The translations under genes were made by a program, and so were the position numbers. A DNA stretch of 64,000 bases from the human T2T-CHM13v2.0 reference genome, Homo sapiens: assembly GCF_009914755.1 (NCBI RefSeq), contig NC_060929.1; one strand, 5' to 3'. Shown here one piece after another: positions 47,762 through 64,000 of this stretch. Each line of letters opens with the position of its first letter. Positions within the stretch are counted from its first letter, which is position 1. The notes under the pieces are model-generated. The model saw only the letters and a program-made list of their open reading frames with translations, was not told the origin of the DNA and searched no databases.

Positions 47762-48270
47762 TGTAGGGGAGGGAAAAGCTTCTTTCTGCTACTGCATCTT
47801 GGGTTTTCTGTAAATTAGACTAACAAAAGACTGATGAACAAGAGAAAACAAACAAGTTTATTAGCATGTACATCCTGCTTACATATGGAGTACTCAAAGG
47901 GTTGGTTTGAACTTGAGCTTATACAGCATCTTAGCAAAGGTACAATAAAGGTTTAGAGAAGTAGCAAGTCAAAGGAGGGTTTTAGGCCTCCAAGGGCAGC
48001 AAACTGTGGGAAGGGAAATATATGGGGAATCTAATGGAAGATAAAGGGTTATTTGTGCAGGTTCATCTTGGAGCCAACTTTCTGTCTTCTTCATTGCCAT
48101 AAAACTTCCCTGGGAGAGGGGATTTATGACAGTCCTTATTTCTTAGGAGTTTCTTCAGATAAATATCCAGGAAAGCTTCTTGCTGTACCTGTTGATTCTT
48201 ATTTGCATCCAGCTCAAAATAATCAATATGCCCTATGGAAGTGGCATATTTTGATCAGAAACCTGTTCTG
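47762..48270 (-). mobile_element. ERV1-type LTR (MER34/MER39-like)
   Basis: cagctcaaaataatc...gtggcatattttg and aagtttatt motifs; subfamily uncertain. Confidence 0.5.
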
Positions 48271-48334
48271 TATGCAGCTTCTCTCTAGCTATGGTTTTAC
48301 ACCCATGTGTGGTGTTGAGGAATATTTGTTGGTT

Positions 48335-48672
48335 TCTTCTGAGGGCTGAGGGAAAATCTGTTCCAGGTGTCTCCCCCAGCTGCCAGTGGTTTGCTGGCAA
48401 TCCTCGGCATTCCTTGGCTTACAAAAGCGTTGCCTTGATCGCTGCCTCCAACTTCACGTGGCATTCTCATTGTGTGCGTGTCTGTCTCCGCATTTCTCCT
48501 TTTAAAAAGGACATCCAGTCATATTAGATTAGGGCCCACCCTAGTGACTTCAGTTAAATGTGATTACCTCTGTAAAGACTGTCTCCAAATAAGATCACAT
48601 TCTGAGGTACTGGGAGTTGAGACTCCAACGTCTCTTTTTTTGGAGGGGGAGGGCACAATTCAAACCATAACA
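48335..48672 (-). mobile_element. MLT1 MaLR LTR fragment
   Basis: aaggacatccagtcatattagattagggcccaccc...acaattcaaaccataaca. Confidence 0.75.
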
Positions 48673-50713
48673 GGCTCTGCAGAAGCAGAGAAGGGATCTT
48701 TTTCACAGCTTGGTTGGGGAATATGGAGGAATCCATAACCAGCTCGTGGTCCAGGGATGTGGGTGATGCTGTCGCAGCCCAGGACCCTGGACAGAGCTGA
48801 TCCATGCACACTGACAGATTTGGCGTGGGCAATGTGTGCTGGTGTCATTTGCACATGGATTTTTGTTGAAGGGAACAAAATCTAGTCAAACCAGTTCAAC
48901 GAAAATGTGTGTGGTGTGTATCTGTGGGAGAGCAGGGAGAAGTGGTGTATTTTAGGGTCAGAGGAATCACATGGAAATCCAGGAAACAGGAGGAGCCAGG
49001 CCTCGGAAAGGGCTTGAACTGAGGCAACCCTGGAAACCTCTGCCTCTCCTCTCATGGCTTCTCAGCTTCTCTGAGCATGCCAACTGTGGTCTCCTTTCTC
49101 TCCCCACCACCTCCCTCTGATTGCATTGTTCCTTCGTAACTGATACTCTAATACCACAGTGGTGGCCCCAGCATGCAACCCACCCATCTCTGCACAACCT
49201 TGCAGTTCAAGCATCCACTGAATCTTCTCTGTGTTTATTTGTTCAAAGTCCCAACAGAAGAGAGTGGTAGCTTGATTTCCCTTTGTAAGAAAGACAACCC
49301 AAGTCAGAGTTCATTGCCAGCCTAATAATGGGCCTCACTCTGGTGAGGGTGCTGCCCCTGGCAGGTCTAATTCTCTGTGACTATGAGGTGGGGTCACATG
49401 GCTTGCTACTCCTCTAGCAGGAGCCATGGGTGGGGACTGATTCTTTGAGTTGGAAGCATGAGTGGAAACTGCATCCCAAACACACCCAGGAGCAGAACTT
49501 CACTACAGAGGGACCAATTATACTGCTTTTATTGCCAAATGCAACAGTTGAAAGGATAGAGAGCATCACTCACTCATTAACTTGTCCATTTGTTCACTCA
49601 TTCATTCTTCATTAACTTCTTAAATATTTGTTGGGTGTGTGTGCCAGGCATTATGCTAGTCACTGAGATTACTAGAATTAGGCCAATATGGCCCCTATCC
49701 TTCTGGAGCCTGTAGTCTAATAGGGAAGATGAAAAAGAATTTCATGAATAAATCAGTAACCATATAATTACAAATTGTGATATGTGCTGTTTTAATATGA
49801 GTGAGAATATTAGGAATGGTCTTGAATTAGATGATGTGAGAAGGCCTCTCAGGAGCAATGGGGAAAAGAATCCCAAAGCCAATGCTTGGAGGGATATTAA
49901 TACATGCATCTTTGCTACAGTGGCTGACTGTACCTTTGGATTGGTCCCCAGAAATTAGTCTGGTGAAACAAAAATACATGGATTAGACATCTAATTCCTT
50001 CCTGCCACCAATTCTTAGGTGCCGGGGCTTCCTACTTTCAGATGCTTCAGCAATTTGGGTCTGTTTAGGAGTGCCTGCTGGGCTGGCTGTTTGAGTTCAT
50101 GTAAGGAGATTGTCCTAATCCGTAGTTATATGGGCACCTCATTAGGCAGTGGACATCTTGCCCCTGACCATAATGTTTGCATTTGAATGAGCCTTGAAGA
50201 CAGATTGTGTTTTCTAAGCTCTGCTTCCTCCTGAGATCAGCATCCTATTGCTGCTGTCTTTTGAGAGATGAAATGTAGTCACCATACTGCTCCGCTAATT
50301 TCTGGACCTTTGGATTTGTTTTTTTTTTCAATAGTCAATTACACATGGGTGCCACAGTCTGTGCTCTGCAGCATATGTTCTGCAAATGGGGAATGACAGT
50401 GCTTATCACCACGCAACTCCAGAGGAGTCTGGGCGGAGACACCACAAATGTTCCCTTTAATAGGCACTTTCTCCTTTCTTCCCCCTTCCCTTAATTGGTG
50501 TGAATTGAAAAACAGTCAGGCTGAGTTTGTGAGCTGCTTAAGTCTTATTCTGTTGTTAGTTCTCCTTGGAGAAAGTCATTCCTTGTCTCCCTGCACCCCA
50601 CCAGGTCAGCTTCTGCTTTGGTTTAAAGTCATGGTGGCAGAAACTGAGGCTGGAGAAAGTATGACCGCCAATGTGGACACTTTCCAGAGCCCTCTCCGTT
50701 CATCACTCTAGGG

Positions 50714-51070
50714 CAGTGGTCTGCAACCTTTTCAGCACCAGGGGCTGGTTTGGTGGAAGACAATTTTTCCACAGACTGATGGGGAGGTGGGGCGGGGCGG
50801 GAGGGATGGTTTCGGGATGAAGCTGTTCCACTTCAGATCATGAGGCATTAATTAGATTCTCATAAGGAGCATACAACCCAGATCCCTCGCGTGTGCAGGT
50901 CACAATAGGGTTCCTGCTCCTGTGAGAATCGAATGCCCCTGCTGATCTGACAGGAGGCAGAGCTCAGGCTAATGCTGGATTGCCTGCTGCTCACCTCCTG
51001 CTCTGCAGCCCGGTTCCTAACAGGCCACCAACCAGTACCGGTCGGTGGCCTGGGGAGTTGGGGACCCCTG
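50714..51070. mobile_element. MER1B hAT MITE with 8-bp TSD ctctaggg/ttctaggg
   Basis: TIRs cagtggtctgcaac / gttggggacccctg; TSD 50706-50713 and 51071-51078. Confidence 0.88.
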
Positions 51071-51993
51071 TTCTAGGGCACTCAGTTCCCCTGACTGCAC
51101 ACGGCCCCTTGGATCACAGCCTAAGCTAAGATGATGGTTGGAGACATAGGTGGACAGTATGACGTGCACACTGTCACGGCACAGGGTCTGAATGGGGTAA
51201 TAGGCATTTGTTTGGTTGAATTAAATGGTGCAATGCCAGGCCTAGAGACACCCTGACTGACATGGTGGGCTGCAGCAGCAGGGCCATCCCAGTGTCAGCT
51301 GAACCTTGAGGGTTTGCCTGGAAAGTGGGTTTTTGCTGCTGGCTTCCCTGGCGGTGGCAGTCAGGGAAGGACCCTTCTAAGTAGAACGAATAGCCAATAT
51401 AAAGAGGAGGAAGCCTCTCTGATGTGTGGGAGGCCAGTGTGGCTGCAGTAGAGTAAGCAAGATGCAAAGCAGTAAGGAATGGATTCTCTGAGAGAGGTCA
51501 TAGGGAGCAGTGCCTCGTAGGTATTGTGAGGTCCTTGGCTTTTACTCTGAATGGGGGAGGGGGACATTGCAGGATTTGGAGTAGAATTGTAGGACGACCT
51601 GTCTTAAGTTTTAAGAGGATTGAACATAGCAGTTTTATGGTGCATTAATCAGGGGGAATTAAATGTGGAAGGAGAGGGACCAGTTAGGCAGCAACAGTGA
51701 TAACTCAGGCCAAGAGATGGCGGTGGCTTGCAGCAGGAGGGAGCAGTGGAGACAGTGAGATATGCTTAGATTCGGGATGTATGTGTTGTAGGTCAAGCAA
51801 ATGGGGTTTTCCTCTTGGAATGGATGTGGGTATGAGAAGGAGAGAGGAGCCAGTGGTGACTCCGAGGTTTCTGGTCTGAATAGCTAGAAGAATGAGGGCT
51901 GCATCGAGGCCTTCCCTAGTGAAAACCTTGATCTAAGTAGTCATCGACATTGGCATAAATCATGCCATTGCCTTACCTTTTGTACCACGGTAC

Positions 51994-53692
<1,699 letters not shown>

Positions 53693-54623
53693 TCCCATAG
53701 CATGGTACATTTACAAAGCCCTTGTGTCATCATGTTTAGCCCTCACAGACACCCTAAGAAAAATAACTTCTGTCTTCATTTTGCAGGTGAGGAAACTGAG
53801 GCATAGATCTTTGAGGTCTCTCTGAAAATTCCCTCTATTTTATGGAAGTTGCCCCTTTTCACCTTGTCTTTTAGTTAGGTAACTGCATGTCATCTTCCCC
53901 ACTAGCTGGTACATTGTTGGAGGGCAGAGCTGTATGGAGGGTTAACTTTGAGTCCATTCAGCATCACTGCAATAGCAGGAACGTGGTAGGTCAGAGAAAC
54001 TAATCATTATTGTAGCATAGGTCCCATTGAGAATCCTGTGACCGCTAGAAACACACTTCTTCCCATTAAAATATGCACATGTGCAGTTCTGCATTGTAAT
54101 GTCGCCAAAACTCATTCATGGAAGCCAGTTAAGGTCCCTGGCAAAATGTGCTTATTTTACTCTGTAACTATTTAGTAAACAAATACAATAGGTATAGCCA
54201 AAGCATTCTGCCTAAGGTTTGAATTCTTGAAGCCAGGAGCTTGTCAAGAGTCGGAAAACAATTCTTACAGTCTGTTCAGATCAATTAAGTTCAGTAAGCC
54301 TGTCCTGAGTGATGGTCCTTAGCTGGGTGTTTGGGCCCAGAGATGAATAAAACAGTTCGGGAAGCTTACAGTCCAGTCATAACCTCTCTTTCTGTATGAG
54401 GCAGCAGAGAGCACCATTATTAGTACTAATGTCCCCATTGGACAGGTTGGGGGCAGTGCCCCCTTTGCTTCATGTTACTAGAGCTGCCATCATCCCCTTC
54501 ATACTTCCTTGCAGCCTCATGTTGAATGATCTGGGCACCTCTGTAGAATGCAAGCTCTATGATGGCAGGGCCATGTCTGTTGTTCTTCTTCAGCACAGAG
54601 CAGGTGCTCAGCGGCTGCTGATC

Positions 54624-54760
54624 GGATGGATGAAGAGGTGGATTCATAGGTGGATGGATAGTTGTTGATTAGATGGATGGGTGGGTAGATGGATGATAGA
54701 TGGGTGAGTGGATGCATGGATGGGTGGGTGGGTAGATGAGTGGAGGGGGAGGAGGATGGG
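54624..54760. repeat. Degenerate (GGAT/GGGT)n repeat
   Basis: Read directly. Confidence 0.8.
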
Positions 54761-55522
54761 TAAAGGGTAAGAGTTGGAGGTTTTAAAATTTTCTGGTGGC
54801 CTTATAGGATTCAGATGGACTGAGTTGCCCCATCTTGCCTTTATCTTCCCACCTCATCCATTTCCCTGTCAGGAGGCGAGGTCCTGTGAGAGCACAGCAC
54901 AGCAATAAATAGAGTACTCTTGAACTCGTCTCCAAACAGTGGACTCCTGCAGATGGTCACTCTACCAAGCTCACCAGTTCTCCCTGGGACTCCATCAAGA
55001 TGGCCCTGCCATTCATCCCTCACACATCAAGCTGGTTTCCCCCCTCTCTTCCCTGCTGTCACACCCTCTCCCCACCTCCTTGGGGGCTCTCAGTCCAGTT
55101 CTTCCCCTTGCCAGTCTCTGCCCCTCCCTCTCCCTCCAGTCTCACTTCCTTAGTGGGGCCTCTTTTTCCCTCTGAGAGTCCACAGCTGCTGTGACTTGCA
55201 GTTTAGCCTTTCACTTCTGAAGACAGCTCTTTGTTTCTTGTGTGTTTATTTTGTCTCTTCGACTAGATTTCACAGAAGCTCAGGAGAGCAGGAGCCACCC
55301 CCTTTCACCCCACTTTTCTAGCTGCAGGATCCTGCAGAGTGCCAGACGCTCTCTGCATTTGGGGCTGGAGGGCTGATTTGATTGATTTCACCATAAACTC
55401 TCTTCCAACTCTGTAGTGTGTGTGTGCATGTGTGAGTGCAAGAGTGTGTGAGAATGTGTGTGTGAATGTGCCTATAGGAGTACTAGAATGGAGAGAGTGA
55501 AATCCAGCATGATGTTTCAGAG

Positions 55523-55754
55523 CAGGGTTTATCAACCTTGTCACTATTGACATTGTGGGCCAGGAAAATCTTTGTTATGGGGCTGTCCTGTGCACTGTAG
55601 GATGTTTAGCAGCATCTCTGGCCTCTAGTCACTAGAGGCTAGTAGCACTGACACCCCCGACTCCCCTCCCCCAGGTTGGGACAAGAAAAATGTCTCCAGA
55701 CATCAACAAATGTCTCTTCTAGTGGGGCAAATTCGCTCCCAGTTGAGATCACTG
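55523..55754 (-). mobile_element. MER20 hAT MITE, 8-bp TSD tttcagag/tttgagag
   Basis: ggggctgtcctgtgcactgtaggatgtttagcagcatc core; TIRs cagggtttatcaac / gttgagatcactg. Confidence 0.88.
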
Positions 55755-55934
55755 TTTGAGAGAATTCACTGGAATCCTAACTTTCGTCTTGTCGGCTGGG
55801 CATGTCACTGGCTCGCTAAAAACTGTGCACTACAATATGCAGCCCATAAGGTTGTTATCATGATCCAGCAAGAGGCCTAAAGCACCTGGCACAGTGCTGG
55901 GACCAAATGCATCTCCACTCGTGAGAGGCGATGT

Positions 55935-56190
55935 GAGTGTGGTGCATGGCTGAGAGAGTGTGCTCCGGAGCCAGCCTGTCTGGGGTGAAATCCTCACTTG
56001 GCCCCTTCTTTGCTGTGTTCACCCCAGGATGTTTACTTGATCTTGCACTACCTCAGTTTCCTCATCTGTAAAACAGAGACGATAATAATCACACCCACCC
56101 CAAGAACTGCAGATTCACGATGAAATGGGTGGCTGTGCGTAAAGCCCTTGGAATAGTGTCTGGTATGCAGGAAGTGTTTGGCAGAGGTTA
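55935..56190 (+). mobile_element. MIR SINE
   Basis: cctcagtttcctcatctgtaaaac core. Confidence 0.7.
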
Positions 56191-57120
56191 GCTGTTCTTC
56201 TGCTCTCTGCTCTCTCCTGGTGGGTGGAGGAACACCTCCTCCTTCTAGGTTCCCTCTGGCTGTAATTCTTCTGCCTCATTTGCTGCTGACTAGCGCCCGC
56301 CCGGGTTTGAGCTCTGGGGTGGCTGCCAGAGGCTTCTGCTGGGTCATCGCAGTCACCCTCGTGGATGCAATGTCAGGATGCTGCCTCAGTGCGGAGGCTG
56401 TCAACACCTGTCCAGAGACTTCAGGCACACTGCTTACGCATTTCGATGAGCGCATTTCACTTGAATCCACCAAAGTGGACCTGCTGCTAGTTCTATTTCC
56501 CCCTGGAGTGGAGACTCTCCAAAGTGAGCTTCGGGCAATTACATTCTTTCTCCATTATTGCTTTTGTTCCTCTTACACAGCCACTTGTCCAAACTCTATT
56601 AACACTTGGTGTTGGCTGAAGCTTGTGTTTTCAAACATGTCAGCAGATGGCAGGGCCCCAGATGAGGTACGAATCCATCTTGAAGGGTCACAGGGCACTC
56701 GATGGCTGCAATCAAAATTGGCAGCCAAGACGTGTCTTTTGAAGCAATCTTGATAAATGCAAGAAAGAATATAGCCAGAAGAAGGGACATAGCTGCCCTT
56801 CATGTTCATTCACATCCCTTCCGTCCAATGAGCATTTCTTAAAAGTTCAATAAACATTGATTGCACTTCTACTGTGGGCCAGGCGCTAGGAATTCAGTGG
56901 TCAACAAGATAGGCTCAGTCTCCATCCTTACTGAGGCTGGATGTAACGAGGATATAAACAAGCCCAGTGTATGTGTAATAGAGTGTGATGCCTGGTGAGG
57001 AAGCAGGGACTCTGGACTCCACTCTAGGTTTGAATCCGCTTTCTGCCACTTTCTGTGTGGCTATGAGCAAGTTCCTTAACATCTCTTTGAGTTTCTTGTA
57101 TGTTACAGGAAGAGTAATAA

Positions 57121-57504
<384 letters not shown>

Positions 57505-60500
57505 TGACTATAGTACTCAGAGCAATATCTAGCACCCAGTAGGTACTACATACTGTGTCTACAGTAGTTAGGACAGTATCTAGCACACACTAGATGTTCA
57601 CATGGATATCTGTTGAAAACACCATGGAGTATATACTTGGCATTTAAAATGTGCTCTAAATATTTACCATTTTCTTAGGAAACAGGGTGTGCAGTAGTTA
57701 GAATTTAGACTCCGAGATCTATCTATATATCTTATTAGGTGGAGAAGTTGTTTACCCACCCCTTCCTCAGTTTCCTTATATATAAATCAAAGAGAAACAT
57801 TGAACTTATCTCCTAAAATTGCACAAAGCACAGAGACCCTTCTTTAGTTGTTTTTGTGAGCCACTGTGCTAGAACAACGGTGTTTACTTTCACCTTAGCT
57901 CCCTCTATTTGAACTCCTGATGAATAGAGTACTTCAATATGTTTAGGTGGAATTGGTAGCTAATCAGTGGATTCGATTTCCAGGGTTGCTAGAAGTTCCA
58001 TCTGCCTCAAAATAGCAGTCCGGTGGCTTGCCAACCTGGGATTTCCAATGTGAGTCCTTGCTGGAGTCAGTGACCCAAGATGGCTCCATACTTGGGAACA
58101 TCCCTTTGATCCTTGGCCATAAATGCTTTGTTCTGGGTGGGCTTGTCAGGATACCAGTTTCTGTTTTGGTTCCTATGTATGGTGCTTTGGTACAAGGAGA
58201 GGTCAAGTCTTTCCTAGGGAATGTGTCAGTATTCCCCAGGGCTTGGCGACCTGGCACGATGGGGAAGCTGGAATGAGTATTTGCGGGAATGGCCGAGGGC
58301 CTGAGGGCTGTGGGTAGGCTTCCCTGATTTGTCTATCTTTTGTGGACAGGCACTGGGCAGGGTGGAGCAGGCTATGATTTCTTCCTCTTGTTTTTCTGCC
58401 TTTTTCATCCCTTGTTCAAAAGTTGAGAGTGGTTAGGCCCATCTTAGACTGGTCAGAAGCAAACTGAAGGACAGAGATAAGCCATCAAACGTAGCAGAGG
58501 GGAATTCTGGCTTGGAGCTTCCTGTTAGTCATCTAGAAGACTAAACAGAATTGGGTATTCATAGGCAAAGCCACTTCCTTTGTCAGTCATGTCTGCTTTT
58601 CTTCAAATGGAGCCTTAAGAGGCCCTTATGCAAAGGCAGAAATAGATTTATAAATTAAGTGCCAAAGTCAGTTACTTTCATTTTTGTAATCAGTGAGTAC
58701 TTGGAATGAATATGGATCTTCACTTTGAATACCCAGTTTCAAGATCTGTCCAGGACATCTTAAGCCAATCTACTGGCACCTTCTCACCTGACATTGCTGG
58801 GCAGAGGATGAGGGAAGATTCCCGAGGAAAGCAGGGAGGAGCTGGTCACGGAGTAACACACGGTCCTGCTCCACCTCCACATATCTGATGGACACCCCTG
58901 ATTTGCTCGTGCTCCAGAGACTAACACACATTGTGCCTGGTTTTCTTCTGTTGGAAGCCTCAGTTGCTTCCACCATCCTGTCCAGTTCTACTGCCAAGTC
59001 CTCAGGCAGACCACTTGGGCTGAAAGAGCAGGGAGCAGAGTCTACCCAGTGAGGACACCAGCAAACTGGAGTATGTCCAAGCAACAGCAGCCTATGAGGG
59101 GAAGGGGGTTGAAATCAGGCCAAGTGCGGAGGGAATGAAGAAACAGGCTGCGTTTATGCAGGAGGAGAGAAGCCTCAGCATCCCCCGAGGGCCCTCTCTA
59201 GATTTGCTTTTGGACAAAGGATTAATTTGATTAAGTGTTGGTCGACAGAGCAGTTGGTTGCAAAGTGCAGGAAAGGAGATTTAAAGGCTACACAAAGCTC
59301 TGGAGGAGTGAGCCTTGTTCAGGAGATAATATAATGCTAATAAAAAGAAAAGTGACTACATTTACTGAGCACTTACTATAGCTGGACATTAAGTCAAGTC
59401 GTGTATGGGCATTAATTTCAGCTGAGCCTCCCAGGAACCCAGTAAGGTAGGGACCATTATTTCTTGCATTCTACAGTCAGAGGAACTGAGGCTTAGGGAG
59501 ATTCAGCCACTTGCTCAAGCAGGCTGCCCCTGGCTCCTACAGTGCCTTTGTGTGGATTACAAAAAGATATCCTTCCTCTGGTGGGCACAGTGCCAGGGCA
59601 GGGTGCAAGCCTTGGCAAGCAGATCGCAGGTTGGGTGCCAGCCTTCACTGCTCTCTTGGCTGGGTGGCCTTGTGCAGGGCACAGCCTGGGCAGTTGTACA
59701 CTGCAGCCCTAGGCTTGAGGCCAGAGCCAGGAAAAGACAGAACTGGCCTCAAAAGCCACATCTGTCTGACTCCAGAGACAACTAGCTCTTAACTCCTAAG
59801 CTTTATCATCTCTCAGGATGGAGACTTCATCTCTCTGAATGCACACAAAAGGGAGGTTAGGGATATGGGGCACACCTGGGAGTAGAGGGGACAGCCTGTG
59901 CTCCTTTCCACTGAAGCATCCTAAAAACCCTGCGAGATAGGTACTGTTAACATCCCCATTGTAAGAAAGTGAGGCAGAGAGGTGAAGTCACTTGCCCAAG
60001 ATCACACAGTAGTGAGTGGCAGAGCTGGGGTTCCTTCTGAACCACTCTGGTCTTTTAATGTGGTTTAGGCAGACGTGTTGGGGTGATTGGACCAGGGGAA
60101 GGAGGAAGGAGGGAAGAGAGAGGGAAGGAAGGGAAGGAGATAAGTGGGAAGAGGCAGAGATGAATGAGAGTTAGAGACTGGCGGTGGTCTCTGTGATGCA
60201 AAAGAATCTGCACAGAACCCAGTGGCATTTCACCCAGCTTCTGCATAGGGGTTAGACACAGAGCAGCATTGGCTATTTAGACCCTGGTCACTTAATGGAT
60301 CAGCCTACGGTCCGTATCCTCAAAGGTAAAAGGAGGTAATTATGAAGAGGTGTACCTGTAGAGTAGAGGAGTAGGAAAGAGCATGGGCCTGTACTCCCAG
60401 TTCCAGCATTGTATGACCTTGGGCAAGGCAAGTAACCTCTCTCTGTCTGAGTTTCTGTATCTGAAATTTGGAAATAATAAGACTTCTCACTTGCAAGGAG

Positions 60501-61732
60501 TGTTGTGAGAATTAAAGGAGTAAATGCACATGGAGAACTTAGAATCATGTCTGGGATATAAGTGATTGCTACACATTCGTTCTTATTAGGATCCATACTG
60601 ATAAGCCACTTCCAGAAAAGTGGGGCCTGCCTACGTTTAGTTCCTCTTTAGGAATAATAACCTTTTTACAGTGGTATCTTCTTATCTTAGCTCCCCACCC
60701 AACATTGTGGGGTGGGTAAGAGTGGCACAATAATGCCTACTTTAAAAGTGGGGAAACGGATTCAGAGGGAAAGTGAGTCTGTTTTGTAGCTGTCACCAGC
60801 TAGAGCGGGTTTGGAGGAGTCTGGAGACGTAGCTACTGCCTGTTGTGTGGGCAGCAGCAGGGCCAAGGGCGTCATGAGGGACTGGAGCTCACACCGGGGC
60901 CTTCCTCCTGGTAAATCTCCTACACAGGTTCCTTCCCTTGCGTAGCCCTCTCCATTGTCCCAATGGTGCTGTGCTGGTCGGGGAGGAGCATGGGCCCAGC
61001 TCAGCTGGCCCTGCCTGCAGGAAGCCTCCTGTGGCCCCCATGCATGGCTCCAGCATGTTATCTCCTGTGCTCTCAAAGCACCTGTACCTCCTGAGCCCAG
61101 ACCATCCATCAGGTCATTGCAGGTGGACCTGTCAGCTTCTCCCATTAGAATACAAGGCCCTGGCTGTCTAATTCTACCATTTGGTTACTGGTTATGGAGC
61201 ATTACAACATGGCAGGCTCTTCACACACTGGGACTGTCTTTCTTTCTCATAATAATTTGCCATAGATCCCTGGGGTGCCTGAGCTGGGACTCAACCCCAG
61301 GCCTGGCTGAAGGAGGGGCTCAGGGTCTCAGAGGCCACAGCTGCCTGGCTCTCCTGCTATCCTGCTCACCAGTGCATCTCTCCTACCTGGTATAGCACCT
61401 CACCACACTTCAGGTGCTTAGTATGCAGTTGTTTCTTTTTAATTGTAGCAAAACATGCATAACAAATGATGTAACATTTTAACTGCCTGGTGTACAGTAA
61501 GAGGACAGTCCATAGTAAATAGCAGCCTCCTTGTCACTCAGGCTCAATGCAGGGCCTGTGTTGAGGAAAGGTCAACTTTGGTTAATAGAAGGTCTTGGGA
61601 GCCAGGCTGAGTCTGAAATAACTCTTGTGGCAGGCAATAGGTTTCTGTGTTGGTTTTGTTTAGCCCAGGTGGGCTGCGTGGGCATGGGATGGACTTGAGG
61701 CAGGGAAAGCAGGAAGGAGCAGAGACTAATGA

Positions 61733-61912
<180 letters not shown>

Positions 61913-63049
61913 TAGTACACCCAGGCCCCTCAGCGCTGTCTCTGAACCTGCAACTGTGTGGTCTATTTAAAAACTTTTTGGTAACGCTAGTAATTAGAAT
62001 TTACTAAACAGAAATGCTTTCTCATTTTAGGAATGTATGTTTCATAGCAAAAGCCTAACTGGGTGGTTCGATGTTTGTTATGCTCTCCATTTGCTTCAGC
62101 CATGGGGCTATTCAGCCTGTGACTCTTCCTAGATACAGTTCTTTATTAGTATTAATATCACGATAAAGGGAAATAAGCATCATTAGGGTTTGGAAGGGTC
62201 CCATAAATCACACCTCTAATTCCAGGAGAGCCGATGTGCACAGTTGTGTTGTTTGTTTACTGCATGAAGGCACCCAGCCCAGGGAGCAGGAGCTCACTCC
62301 CCTCCCCAAGCTGGGAGCCCTGTCTTGGGCAATGTGGTGGCATCTCTTTCTTTCTCCTACAAAGATGCCATTGCCTTGTGAAGCCAGGTGTCTACTGGGC
62401 TGCGTCCACCCATGGTGGTGTGCTTGTAGGGAGTGCTTTTTAAAATTTGCACAAAGATGAATGGCCTTGGACTCATAAGTCAGGCAGTTGGAAATCAACA
62501 TGTCATTGATAAACTTGATATTGGGAGCATGGCTTGGGCATGAGAACCAAATGAGCTGCTGATCTGTTACCTGCAGTCAGGCAGGCTCCCACCCCTCACT
62601 GGCCCAACTGGCCTACCACAGTTCCCTCCTACCTGGGCCTGCTGATACCTCCTGCTGCATGGAGGGCACAGAGCCTGGGCTTCCTGTGTCTCGGCAGAGT
62701 GGTAGAGGAAGAAGAGAGAGTGTATTGAGCACATAGGCCTGTTCTGCCCCGAGTGAATCCATTAGAGGAGGCCCTGGGGAGGGAGTGACGGTCAGGGAGG
62801 AGGCAGGTGTGCCACTGTGAAGGAGTCCTTTCATGGGGAAAGGCGGTCACCTGCAGGAGTAGCCATCTTTGGTCCTTTCCACAAAATAGACACTGTGCTA
62901 AGTTCTTTATAACACATGATCCTAGTCACTCCTCACCACAACCCACAGGACAGGCAGTGTCATTTCCAGTGCTGGATTAGCTACATGCAACCTCTTAGGC
63001 AACAGAGCCCCTAGCTGGGTCTGCAGATTTGTACAAGGATGCTTGTGTA

Positions 63050-63125
63050 AACACATACACACACACAGACACACACAAAGACACACACAAACATACATAT
63101 GTACATATATACACATATGCATACC
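63050..63125. repeat. Imperfect (CA)n/(TA)n microsatellite
   Basis: Read directly. Confidence 0.85.
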
Positions 63126-63696
63126 TGTGCATGTAGATACAACCAAAAAACATACAGAAAACCATTTTGTGGGCAAATAATTTGAAATTTGATATGTCAA
63201 GACAACTTTAAAAGGGGTCATGGGGGAAATGAGAACTTTGTTCATCTTCCTTATATTTATTTTATGCTTTAGTATTATTTTTACTTGGGGTTGTAGATGA
63301 GGGGATACCGTACACTTTTCAGTGTCCAGGGCCTGCAAAGTTCACACTCCGGCCCTGTTGAAACCTTTTACGCAAGGAGTGGACAAGGCTGGAGGAGAGG
63401 GGTGGAGACGCTGTCCTAGAGAATTGAATTGGGTCTGTGATTCCACGCACGCTGCCCCCTGCTCACAGCATAACCCTATCTTTTACAAATCTAGTTCTGC
63501 CCAGTGGCAGATAAGCAAACTGTAGGTGACTACCAAAGGCAAAGAATGAAAATAAAAACAGCAGCAACTCTCCTCAGTGCCTCTTTCATGCTACTGGATG
63601 CTAATCCTGAGAAACAGGCACGAGACCTCACATTTGCAGATGAGGAAATGGAGGCAGTGAAATGACTCATCTAAGGTTGCACAGTGAGCTAGTGGA

Positions 63697-63985
63697 TTTT
63701 TTTTTTTTTTTTTAAGACGGACTCTTGCTTTTGTCTCCCAAGCTGGAGTGCAGTGATGCGATCTCGGCTCACTGCAGCCTCCGCCTCCCAGATTCAACTG
63801 ATTCTTGCGCCTCAGCCTCATTCGTAGCTGGGATTACCAGCATGTGCCACCACGCCTGTATTTTCAATAGAGACGGGGTTTCGCCATGTTGGCCAGGCTG
63901 GTCTCAAACACCTGGCCCTAGGTGATTCGTGCACCTCGGCCTCCCAAAGTGCTGGGATGACAGGGGTGAGCCACCGCACCTGGCC
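63697..63985 (-). mobile_element. AluS, antisense in DOCK2 intron 2
   Basis: Poly-T then the reverse complement of an Alu dimer. Confidence 0.9.
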
Positions 63986-64000
63986 CCAGTGGCTCTTTTC

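Overview
Primate DNA, almost certainly human chr5q35, all genes on the + strand. 730-12150 holds the last nine coding exons and 3'UTR of SPDL1 (Spindly/CCDC99, the kinetochore dynein adaptor). About 32 kb of intergenic, heavily nested transposon sequence follows (L1, Alu, MaLR/ERV LTRs, Tigger, hAT). Then come the CpG-island promoter, exon 1 (44700-44742), the 17 kb first intron and exon 2 (61776-61859) of DOCK2. Most ORF-track entries are repeat-derived or spurious. The best candidate for unusual biology is an in-frame read-through of the penultimate SPDL1 exon into the last intron, followed by an intronic ATTAAA. This would replace the farnesylated CPQQ tail with a hydrophobic-plus-basic, tail-anchor-like C-terminus. 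Other notable structure: three twin-primed (5'-inverted) L1 insertions with readable TSDs, a tail-to-tail L1 fusion, a palindromic-unit minisatellite, and direct L1 repeats flanking DOCK2 exon 1. Gene and repeat names come from recall of consensus sequences, not from a database search, so repeat subfamilies and boundaries are approximate.
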